Assembly (NCBI GenBank): GCA_020346185.1
Contig: CP070775.1
Span: 2,950,302-3,014,301, forward strand
Length of the DNA: 64,000 nt
Direction of reading: 5' to 3'
Source of the DNA: Betaproteobacteria bacterium
Lineage (GTDB): Bacteria > Pseudomonadota > Gammaproteobacteria > Burkholderiales > Eutrophovitaceae
Part shown: in pieces, positions 56,348 through 64,000 of the stretch
Position numbering within the stretch: position 1 is the stretch's first letter
Layout of the letters: each line of letters begins with the position of its first letter
Translations under genes and position numbers: made by a program
Notes under the pieces: generated by a model
What the model was told of the DNA's origin: nothing
Databases searched by the model: none
What the model saw: the letters and a program-made list of their open reading frames with translations, nothing else

Positions 56348-56848
56348 GTGGCGAGGATCCATCTCAAGGACGAATATGTCTCGACTGCGTTTCGCAGAGC
56401 GCTTGTTGTGGGCGGATTGGTTCTGATCATGTTTGCCGCGACAATCGTCGAAGCCGGTATGTGGGCTCTGACTAATATCGCTTTGGGCGCATTCAGCGTA
56501 TTTGAAGAAGCGCTTTGCTTTTCAATGGTCACTTACGCAACGCTCGGCTACGGTGACGTGGTTCTCGTGGAGCAGTCGCGCCTGCTATCGTCGTTCCAGG
56601 CGGCGAACGGTGCGATGATGTTCGGCTGGACGACGGGTGTGAGCGTTCTCGCGATAAAGGATATCAGCAAGTCGGTGGCGCAGCTTAGAGACTCGCATTC
56701 ATGTGCGGCTGACATGTCTACGGAGTCGAAAATTCTTTGCCTGAAAGAAGCGTCTGCCGGGTGGGAAGGAGCTGAACGAGCTGCTGTTGCCCAATCTGCT
56801 GCGGGAGGCAATGGAACGGGTCAAGGACACTTTGGCGCCTGCGCCTGA
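56348..56848 (+). CDS. Minimal 2TM K+-channel-like pore protein
   Basis: TM helix LVVGGLVLIMFAATIVEAGMWAL, pore helix plus filter FSMVTYATLGYGDV (filter nt 56540-56557), and a second TM. The C-terminal ~50 aa are of uncertain reality. Confidence 0.6.
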   Translation: MARIHLKDEYVSTAFRRALVVGGLVLIMFAATIVEAGMWALTNIALGAFSVFEEALCFSMVTYATLGYGDVVLVEQSRLLSSFQAANGAMMFGWTTGVSVLAIKDISKSVAQLRDSHSCAADMSTESKILCLKEASAGWEGAERAAVAQSAAGGNGTGQGHFGACA

Positions 56849-56979
56849 AAGCTCTTCCAAATACTTTTAGTTATCTTTGATCTGGCAACAAGGTTTCCGC
56901 AGGAATGGCGCGAAGCGATCTTCATTACAACTAAGATACGCCAGAGCTCGACAAGGTCTTCGCGAAAGGAAGGTGGTGG

Positions 56980-58317
56980 ATGCCAAAGAAAACTAAACAT
57001 ACACTCGTCGTTGTGAACCCCGGCCACTTCCACGCGGGGCTGACCTTGCGCAAAAGGCATCCGTTGCTCTCGGATGAAGTGTATGTATACGCGGAGGACG
57101 GACCGGAATTACGGGAATTCCTGCACCTGGTGAATGCGTTCAATCAGCGGAAAGAGGACCCTACGTCATGGGGGCTGCATATCTATCGCGGGTCCGATTA
57201 CCTGGACGCATTGCTTCAGCAGCCGCCCGGTGACGTTGCGATGGTCTCCGGTAAGAACAACACGAAGTTGTCGACAATGCACCGGCTTCACCAGGCGGGA
57301 TTACACGTTTTGGGTGACAAGACCTGGTTGATCGACGCGACTCAACTTGATCTGTTGGAGGCGATCACGTCATCGCCACCGCTGACAATGGACATCATGA
57401 CCGAGCGTTTCGAAGTCGCAACGCGCTTGCAGGTGGCACTGTCAGACAACGCTGAGCTATTCGGCGAATTTCGGAAGGGGGGGAAGGAGCCGGCGGTTTA
57501 TTTGAAGAGCGTTCACCATCTGTACAAAGAGGTCAACGGTGAACCGCTGGTGCGACCGGCGTGGTATTTCGATTACGATGTATTGGGCGAAGGGATTACG
57601 GATGTAACAACACATTTGGTGGACATGGCGCAGTGGATGGTCGCAGGTGAACAGGGCGTTGACTATGAACGCGATATCGTGCTCACAGAAGCGCGCCAAT
57701 GGCCGACTGACATGCCGCTGGAGATGTTCTCGCGCATCACCGGATTGCAAGAGTTTCCCGAATACGCCAGTCGCGATGTCAGCGATGGGGTGTTGCACTA
57801 CCTGTGTAACGCAAAGATTAAATACACATTGCGGGGCGTGCCGGTTGAGGTTGATTCGATCTGGGGTCTCGCCATTCCGGAGGGCGGCGGGGACACGCGC
57901 TACGGCATTCTGCGGGGCACGCGAGGGGACCTTGTCGTCGACCAGCGACCTGACACCGGTTTTGACCCACGCCTTCGGGTGATTCCGATTGAACACAGCG
58001 TCGCATACGAGAAATCCCTCGATGAAGCACTCCCCGGAATGCAGGATATCTGCCCGGGCGTTGGGTGCCGCGCAGACGAAGATGGTTACTTGGTAACAAT
58101 ACCTGCGGAGATGCATCACGGCCATGAGGCGCGCTTTGCAGAAGTGTTGAATCAGTTTCTTGGTTACGTTGACGCGGGCGAATGGCCGCAGCGGATCAGC
58201 CAGGAGTTGATGACCAAGTACAGACTATTGGCCGATGCCTACCAGCTATCGCATCGCGGAGATCGTATGCTGCGCTGCCGCGCCGTTATCGACCGAATCG
58301 AGTCGCCAAGCAGGTGA
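56980..58317 (+). CDS. Putative oxidoreductase (Gfo/Idh/MocA-related, 'oxidoreductase C-terminal domain' family)
   Basis: 445 aa. N-terminal HTLVVVNPGHFHAGLTLRK is typical of this family as I recall it. GAAGGTGG SD. Confidence 0.65.
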   Translation: MPKKTKHTLVVVNPGHFHAGLTLRKRHPLLSDEVYVYAEDGPELREFLHLVNAFNQRKEDPTSWGLHIYRGSDYLDALLQQPPGDVAMVSGKNNTKLSTMHRLHQAGLHVLGDKTWLIDATQLDLLEAITSSPPLTMDIMTERFEVATRLQVALSDNAELFGEFRKGGKEPAVYLKSVHHLYKEVNGEPLVRPAWYFDYDVLGEGITDVTTHLVDMAQWMVAGEQGVDYERDIVLTEARQWPTDMPLEMFSRITGLQEFPEYASRDVSDGVLHYLCNAKIKYTLRGVPVEVDSIWGLAIPEGGGDTRYGILRGTRGDLVVDQRPDTGFDPRLRVIPIEHSVAYEKSLDEALPGMQDICPGVGCRADEDGYLVTIPAEMHHGHEARFAEVLNQFLGYVDAGEWPQRISQELMTKYRLLADAYQLSHRGDRMLRCRAVIDRIESPSR

Positions 58318-58659
58318 CTGCATGCATTTATCAACAAACTCGATTTCATGCCGACGCGGGGGTTGCGGTGCGTCAAAGACCTGTTCGACAGCTCCCGTCA
58401 GCAGTGCCTCATCGATTTCGTTGCGCACGAACCAGCGTAATGCCGGGGGGAAACTGCGAATTGCGATCAGGTCTTCGATCAGGCGTGACATGAAGAACTC
58501 GCGAGAGATCCCGTTATCACGTGACAGTGCTGCGTTGCGAATAAACTCTCCACCTTCAAGACATTCCTCAATTGGGTGAGGTTGCATCGCGGCATCTTCT
58601 GCCAGCGCAGTGCTTCCGAGCGTTGCCGAGATAACGGTGATTACCAAAGCTGCGCGCAT
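58246..58659 (-). CDS. Exported hypothetical protein
   Basis: Signal peptide MRAALVITVISATLGSTALA. 137 aa. The 3' end overlaps the convergent gene by 72 nt, so one of the two C-termini is probably shorter in reality. Confidence 0.45.
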   Translation of the reverse strand: MRAALVITVISATLGSTALAEDAAMQPHPIEECLEGGEFIRNAALSRDNGISREFFMSRLIEDLIAIRSFPPALRWFVRNEIDEALLTGAVEQVFDAPQPPRRHEIEFVDKCMQSPAWRLDSVDNGAAAQHTISAMR

Positions 58660-58900
58660 GTTTCACCTCGCTTTCGTGTTGCAATGACGACCATCACAAA
58701 ATACTACGATTGTTGCGTGCTTTCGAGGGAAAAGTTGATGTCAGAGAAAGTCGCAAGCAAATGCAATTCGGATTCGCGACACGGAGCATAAATAGTTCCT
58801 GCTGCGTGTTACTCTACGCGCGGCCAACCCTGATTTGGTTCACGCGTAGCTTCGGCTTCTTTGGTGTGCAACGATTTAGCGCAAGGAGTGGGGGCAAATA

Positions 58901-59176
58901 ATGCTGTCATCTGGCTTTACTGTGAAACGCATCTATTTTTGTTTGATTGTCTTTGTGAGCACCGTAGCCACGGCCGTATTTGCGGCCCAAGACGCGGCAA
59001 TCGAAGTGCAGGAAGGCGACATCGAACATTGGATCGAGTATTACAAAAAGGAGCGTGGGGTAAGTAGCGAGACCGCTCCTGAAGAAGACAGCATGCCGAA
59101 AGTAGAACCCTTGGAAGCCGCACGCCCGGAATCCAGTGCGCCACGCGCAGAGACGAAGCCTCAATCGCGCGACTGA
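58901..59176 (+). CDS. Small secreted/anchored hypothetical protein
   Basis: Hydrophobic N-terminus IYFCLIVFVSTVATAVFA, then an acidic, low-complexity tail. 91 aa. Confidence 0.4.
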   Translation: MLSSGFTVKRIYFCLIVFVSTVATAVFAAQDAAIEVQEGDIEHWIEYYKKERGVSSETAPEEDSMPKVEPLEAARPESSAPRAETKPQSRD

Positions 59177-59736
59177 TCAATTGTCTCGACCAAGCCACCG
59201 CGTGAGCGCAACGCAATCCAGCCGTTAATCAGGTCCTCAAGAAGGGGCCTTCGAAGAGCCTTGGCGAAGAGGGTTTTGACTGGCTGATTCAAGTATTACA
59301 AATAGAATTCAGCAGTCTGTTGGAGTTGATGGTTCTTGATTGTTTGATCAGTCTGGAGTGGCGCAAGGCGGCTTTGCTCACCACTTGGCTAACGCGAAAC
59401 TCGGGATCTTTTTTCGTCAACAACCTGTGTTTGAACAAGCCGCCTGCATCGGTCTGTTCTGCTTCGCGGAATCGTTCTGGCCGGGCTTCTACGCTACCGC
59501 TGCTGAGAGCACGGTCGTTTAGTCACGACACTAAATACTTATAAGGGAAGGACGCAGGCGTCGCGTCGGGTAGTGTTGTTCGGCGAGTCAAGCCGTGCAC
59601 GACTAGAACACGGGACTTGCGATGCCTGATTCGTAGTGAGGCAGGGGCGCTCCAAACAATGGGCCGGGGTTCGGGGGTGGCATACCTGTTTCGCTCAGCC
59701 AATACAATTTCGATCTCGCTACGGTATCCAGAAGGC

Positions 59737-60120
59737 TTACTTCGGAACGGGTTCTGATGGATCGAAATCCAGTTCAACTTTGGCCCCGTTCGGATCGTTG
59801 AAGAATAGCTGCCATGGATTGGTCTCGGTTACGCGGCGCAGATCGTATTCGATACCGCGTGATTTCAGTTTCCCAACCGTGTCCACCAGACCGTTGGCAC
59901 TGAAGGCCATGTGATCAATGACGCCTTCCCGCGGTTCGGGCAGAGAGCGGCCGGCAATGACATGCAAGACTGCTTCACCGTTGGTGTACAACCAAGCGCC
60001 GGGAAAGCCGAACGGCGGTCGCGCGCCCGGCTCCAAGCCCAGTACATCGCGATAGAAATCGACAGTTTCTTCGAGCCGATCGGTGAGTATTGTGAAGTGG
60101 TTCATTGCTGTAGCAGGCAT
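59737..60120 (-). CDS. VOC-family (glyoxalase / bleomycin resistance / dioxygenase) protein
   Basis: MNHFTILTDRLEETVDFYRDVLGL...IDHMAF...NDPNGAKVEL. Confidence 0.88.
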   Translation of the reverse strand: MPATAMNHFTILTDRLEETVDFYRDVLGLEPGARPPFGFPGAWLYTNGEAVLHVIAGRSLPEPREGVIDHMAFSANGLVDTVGKLKSRGIEYDLRRVTETNPWQLFFNDPNGAKVELDFDPSEPVPK

Positions 60121-60170
60121 GTTTTGTTCACTCCTGTGTGTCTGTCTACTGCCAATGTAAAGAGGTTTGC

Positions 60171-61328
60171 TCAGACCGCGGCCTGGTTCTTGTGTTGCCG
60201 CTGCATTGATTGCTGCCGCTTATCGAGGCACCAACCGTATTGTTCAGGCCACGATTCGAAATGGCCGCGACAACCGAGTTGCGTTTCGGCATGTAACGCC
60301 CAGTTTGGATTATGCAGGGCCTCGCGCCCGATCGCGATCAAGTCTGCTTGTTCCGAGCGCAGGATCTGCTCGGCCTGCTCGCCACCGAGAATCAGGCCGA
60401 CTGCCATCGTCTTGATACCTGTCGCGCGGCGGATACGATCCGAGAACGGTACCTGAAAGCCGGGCAGGCGCTTGATGTGGGCTGCCGTGGCAGACTCCAT
60501 CAACCCGCCCGATGAGCAGTCAACGATGTCAACGCCGCGCGCTTTCAGCTCCTGCGCAAGTGTCACGCTGTCTTCAATGGTCCAGCCGCCGTCAATTCCG
60601 TCTACCGACGAGATTCTGGTAAACAACGGTTTGTCATCCGGCCACACCGAGCGCAGCGTCTGCGCCAGTTCCAGCGTGGATCGCATGCGGCCAGCCAGAT
60701 CTCCGCCGTATTCATCCGCGCGCTTGTTGGTGACCGGCGAGAGGAACTCGTGCCCGAGATATCCGTGTGCGCTGTGGATTTCCAGTACGTCGAACCCGAC
60801 GCGCACAGCGCGCTGGGCGACAAGCCGCCAGTGATGTTGTAGTTCGTGGATTTCATCGGTGGTTAGCTCATGCGGCTCAAGCCAGCCCTGGTCAAGCGGG
60901 ATAGCACTGGGCGCGACTACGTTCCACGCGTCCTCGCCGCGCGCTCGGTCAGTGTCGTCCAACGGACCATTGCCTTCTTGCCACGTCCGCTGCATCGACG
61001 CCTTGCGGCCAGCGTGTGCCAGTTGAATTGCTGCCGCAGCACCGTTTGCCTTGATGAAAGAAACGATACGCGCGAGTCGCTCGACATGCTCGTCGGACCA
61101 GATGCCAACATCACCATGGGTAATTCTGCCGTGCCTGTCCACCGCGGCGGCTTCGGTGAAAATCAGTCCCGCACCACCTTGTGCCATCTTGCCCAGATGC
61201 ACGAGTTGCCAGTCGTTTACGAAGCCGTCTTTCGCCGAGTAGGTGCACATCGGCGAGATGACAATCCGGTTCTTGAGCGAGACGCCGCGCAGCTCGGTCG
61301 GCGTAAACAAAAGGGCGCGCGTTGCCAT
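60171..61328 (-). CDS. NADH:flavin oxidoreductase (Old Yellow Enzyme family)
   Basis: Start at MATRALLFTPTELRGVSLKNRIVISPMCTY. HSAHGYLGHEFLSP, GGLM. The longer track ORF start (61418) adds an implausible Arg-rich leader. Confidence 0.9.
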   Translation of the reverse strand: MATRALLFTPTELRGVSLKNRIVISPMCTYSAKDGFVNDWQLVHLGKMAQGGAGLIFTEAAAVDRHGRITHGDVGIWSDEHVERLARIVSFIKANGAAAAIQLAHAGRKASMQRTWQEGNGPLDDTDRARGEDAWNVVAPSAIPLDQGWLEPHELTTDEIHELQHHWRLVAQRAVRVGFDVLEIHSAHGYLGHEFLSPVTNKRADEYGGDLAGRMRSTLELAQTLRSVWPDDKPLFTRISSVDGIDGGWTIEDSVTLAQELKARGVDIVDCSSGGLMESATAAHIKRLPGFQVPFSDRIRRATGIKTMAVGLILGGEQAEQILRSEQADLIAIGREALHNPNWALHAETQLGCRGHFESWPEQYGWCLDKRQQSMQRQHKNQAAV

Positions 61329-61453
61329 CTCTTCCTCATGATGGGCTGGTTGCGAACGGATCCGGCGAACCGCTCGCTGAGAATGGCAACTGTAACGTCG
61401 GAGTTGTCCCTTCGGCAACCCCGTATGCGCTGCTGGAAGAGGTCGGGCGTTGG

Positions 61454-61924
61454 CTAGTTGCGCGGGTGGGCGTGCACGTGATGGCGCGGCTCGATACGAC
61501 CTTCGTGCACGTGCCCGTCGTCGATTTCGACTGGAACACGATTCAAATGTCCGTGCCGTACTTCTGATTCAGCCATCAGCGTGTTGGCGAATTGCGTGAT
61601 GTCGGCAGTGGAGCCTTTGAGCAATACCGTCTCCAGACAATGATCATGATCGACCCGGATGTGCATCGTCGAGACCACGATATCGTGATTGGCATGCTGT
61701 AATTGGGCAAGTCGCTCGGAAAGATCACGAGCCTTGTGGTTGTAGATGTAGGACAGCGCAGCTATACAATAGGGCGCCTCCTGGCTGGCAATGCTGGCAC
61801 TCGCGAGTTCGCTTCGAAGCATGTCCCGCACGGCCTCGGAGCGGTTCTGGTAACCGCGCTTGCGCAGCAGATTGTCAAACTGATTGGCGAGATCATCGCT
61901 CAGGGAAATGGTGAACCGTTCCAT
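61454..61924 (-). CDS. nikR: Nickel-responsive regulator NikR (ribbon-helix-helix + ACT-like metal-binding domain)
   Basis: MERFTISLSDDLANQFDNLLRKRGYQNRSEAVRDMLR (RHH). ...YNHKARDLSERLAQLQHANHDIVVSTMHIRVDHDHCLE (His/Cys nickel-site region). Confidence 0.88.
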   Translation of the reverse strand: MERFTISLSDDLANQFDNLLRKRGYQNRSEAVRDMLRSELASASIASQEAPYCIAALSYIYNHKARDLSERLAQLQHANHDIVVSTMHIRVDHDHCLETVLLKGSTADITQFANTLMAESEVRHGHLNRVPVEIDDGHVHEGRIEPRHHVHAHPRN

Positions 61925-61966
61925 ATGATGCTTTCCGTTGAATGTAATAACTGGGTGAACCGACTG

Positions 61967-61993
61967 GTACGCCCTACAAAGCAATATTCATAC
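61967..61993. promoter_or_regulatory. Weak candidate NikR operator upstream of nikR
   Basis: GTACGC-N15-TCATAC, compared with the E. coli consensus GTATGA-N16-TCATAC. Only one half-site is exact and the spacing is off by one. Confidence 0.2.
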
Positions 61994-62351
61994 GTAGCGG
62001 TGTGCCGTCTGACCATTTAGCAATTGCCATTGAAAGTTTAAGGTGTGGCCTCCCTAAACCTGACCATAACTCTCTGATTTATAGCGAGTTACGATTAAAG
62101 CAAAGTCTCTTAAACGGGAATGCCGCGGTAAGGAGGATGCATCGGAAGAGACGTTATTTTTCGGTTTGTCGCTCATTTTTCTGCAAGCCCGTTTACTGCG
62201 GCAGCAGGCGACCGCAACTGTCAGTCCGGTCTGTGGCTATGCGGTGTGTGGCAGATAGTTAGGTGGCGGAAATAGTCGCCCAGCGAAGCGCCGCACTACC
62301 CCGAAGCGTCACTGTACGGCAGCCATTGACCAAAGGGCGGGTTGCTGAGCG

Positions 62352-63497
62352 TTAGCGAGTGAGCACAGCTTCGAGCATGCGCCCGAGCGCATCCTTGAGA
62401 CGCTTGCGCGGACAGGCGAAATTTAGCCGCAAAAACCCGGGAGCGCCGAACAAGGTGCCATCGTACAGACCGACGCCGGCCTTCTCGAAAAACGCTGCAG
62501 GTTTGTCGACAGATAGTTCACGCGCGTCGATCCAGGCGAGGTAGGTTGCCTCCACGTGCCAGGTTTTGAGGCCAGGCATTGTTGGCAGCTCCGATTCGAC
62601 GAGGTCCCGGTTGCCGCGCAGGTAATCGACCAACGCCAACTGCCATGACTGACCGTCGCGGAACGCGGCGAGCGTCGCGAAAAAACCAAGTGCGCCAATG
62701 TGATGAACGATGCCGCGCATCGTGCGCTGTATCTTGCTGCGCAACTGTTGGTTGGACACGATCGCGAATGCGCAGCCTAAGCCGGGCAAATTGAATGTTT
62801 TACTGGCCGACAACAGGGTAATCGTGCGCGTGGCGATGTCATCCAGTGTGGCGGCCGGAATGTGTTGTTTGTCCTGATCGAGCACAAGGCCGGAGTGGAT
62901 TTCGTCGGACACGAGGACGAGATCGTACCGTTCGCAGAAACGCGCGAGCTGCACAAGTTCGTCGCGAGACCAGACGCGTCCGGTGGGATTGTGCGGGCTG
63001 CATAACAACAAGGTGCGAGTTTTCGGGCTTACCGCTTGCTCGAGTGCATCGAAGTCCCACAACCAGCGCCCACCTTCCTCGCGCAATGGTACAGTCACCG
63101 TGATGCGATCGCCGTAACGTGGGGCGCTCAGAAAAGGCGGATAGATCGGAACTGCAGTCAGGACTTCTTCGCCCGGCGCAGCAAAAGCACGGCTGACGAC
63201 ACTCAGGCCGACGACGAGGCTAGGCATCCACACGATCCAGTCAGGGTCGATCGTCCACCCGAAATCGCGCTCCAGCGCAGCGGCCACAACCGTGGGCAGT
63301 TCATGCGGCGGTTGCGTATAGCCGAATACGCCATGCTCGATTCGTTCGTGGAGCATGTCTATGACACACGGTGCAGTACGAAAATCCATGTCCGCCACCC
63401 ACAGTGGAATGACATCGCGGCCGGCGTATTTTTCCCATTTGCTGCTGGCGCTGTCACCACGGTCAGGCGCGTGATCGAATTCAAAGTCAGTGTTCAT
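62352..63497 (-). CDS. MalY/PatB-type PLP-dependent C-S lyase (cystathionine beta-lyase-like, aminotransferase class I/II fold)
   Basis: 381 aa. SKWEKYAGRDVIPLWVADMDF, LLCSPHNPTGRVW, SASKTFNLPG (PLP Lys). Confidence 0.88.
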   Translation of the reverse strand: MNTDFEFDHAPDRGDSASSKWEKYAGRDVIPLWVADMDFRTAPCVIDMLHERIEHGVFGYTQPPHELPTVVAAALERDFGWTIDPDWIVWMPSLVVGLSVVSRAFAAPGEEVLTAVPIYPPFLSAPRYGDRITVTVPLREEGGRWLWDFDALEQAVSPKTRTLLLCSPHNPTGRVWSRDELVQLARFCERYDLVLVSDEIHSGLVLDQDKQHIPAATLDDIATRTITLLSASKTFNLPGLGCAFAIVSNQQLRSKIQRTMRGIVHHIGALGFFATLAAFRDGQSWQLALVDYLRGNRDLVESELPTMPGLKTWHVEATYLAWIDARELSVDKPAAFFEKAGVGLYDGTLFGAPGFLRLNFACPRKRLKDALGRMLEAVLTR

Positions 63498-64000
63498 GCA
63501 ACCCCTGCGAATGGAGTGAAAAACGGATGCCCTAAACGGAGCGGCAAACGAACTGAGAGTACCGCGAAATTGTCACCCTCTCATTGAGTTGCTAGACACG
63601 TCGCCGCAATCTCCATTACCTCGCACTCGCGTATGGGCACAGCGTGCATGTCTATCGACGCGTGCCACGACAAACTGACCCAAGCAGACCGACTGGCTGC
63701 CGTGACGTCACTTGAGACAGGCGCCAAGTGCTTGAACATCAACGCATACAATCGCATCTTCATTAGGGCGGCAAAAAAGACCCATTGTGCAGCTGATGCG
63801 CTTCTTCAGCTCGATGTGACGGTCCAGGAATTGATTCGCTAACAATGCGAAGCGAGCGGAGAGCGGCATAGGTGCCGGCGACGATTGGACACCACCGACG
63901 CGTACGTCACTTGCGATGTCAAGATGTTAGCCGACAGCCTGGTCTCGGAAGACGGTCTGCGCCCCCTTGCGTCAGTCTTGGTGAAGATTAACAAACTGGC

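Noticed and set aside
62129-62255. 41-codon Cys/Arg-rich ORF directly abutting a strong AAGGAGG sequence in the 370-bp nikR-lyase intergenic region.
   Set aside because: The SD-to-ATG spacing is essentially zero, the composition is not protein-like, and no motif is recognisable.
63633-63842. 69-aa plus-strand ORF and surrounding ~500 bp at the right end of the window.
   Set aside because: There are no recognisable motifs, no SD and an ambiguous coding signal. It may be non-coding or a gene continuing beyond the window.

Overview
This is a 64-kb bacterial chromosomal window. It looks moderately GC-rich by eye and has proteobacterium-like gene content. I saw no rRNA, tRNA or CRISPR array. Every family call comes from reading the supplied translations plus my own re-translation of frames the ORF track omits. 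No database search was possible, so family names are motif-based recollections.

Layout:
- (1) 1-834: an IS481-family transposase gene running off the left edge.
- (2) 1.2-10.3 kb: a signalling island. It holds a PAS hybrid histidine kinase, a pentapeptide-repeat/K+-channel fusion, a ferritin-like/CDGSH Fe-S protein, a CheY, and a tightly coupled gene pair. That pair encodes a SLOG-like domain fused to SLATT-like 2TM modules, and a DHp-DHp-REC protein whose output domain looks like DUF4062 / nucleoside-2-deoxyribosyltransferase (TIR-related).
- (3) 10.3-21.5 kb: mixed metabolism with many broken genes.
- (4) 21.8-29.2 kb: a RuBisCO-like protein (RLP) + DUF1537 acid-sugar kinase + IlvD-family dehydratase + dehydrogenases cluster.
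- (5) 29.5-34.6 kb: a sulfatase, an OMP, a kinase paralog carrying an in-frame TGA, and a D-2-hydroxyacid dehydrogenase.
- (6) 34.7-43.3 kb: an eight-gene operon. It encodes a GntR regulator, an unknown internally duplicated Cys/His protein, an MtaA-like methyltransferase, a corrinoid protein, a reductive activator, a pterin-binding methyltransferase, an MtnK-like kinase and a divergent enolase.
- (7) 43.3-64 kb: regulators (several broken), a second sulfatase plus an alkaline-phosphatase-family enzyme, DUF2252, an amidohydrolase, a mini K+ channel, NikR-OYE-VOC, and a PLP lyase.

Strongest leads:
- the phosphorylation-gated NDT/TIR-like enzyme paired with a SLOG-SLATT membrane protein;
- the corrinoid/THF methyl-transfer operon extended by a kinase and an atypical enolase;
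- the non-canonical RLP acid-sugar cluster;
- an unusually high load of frameshifted or nonsense-interrupted genes.
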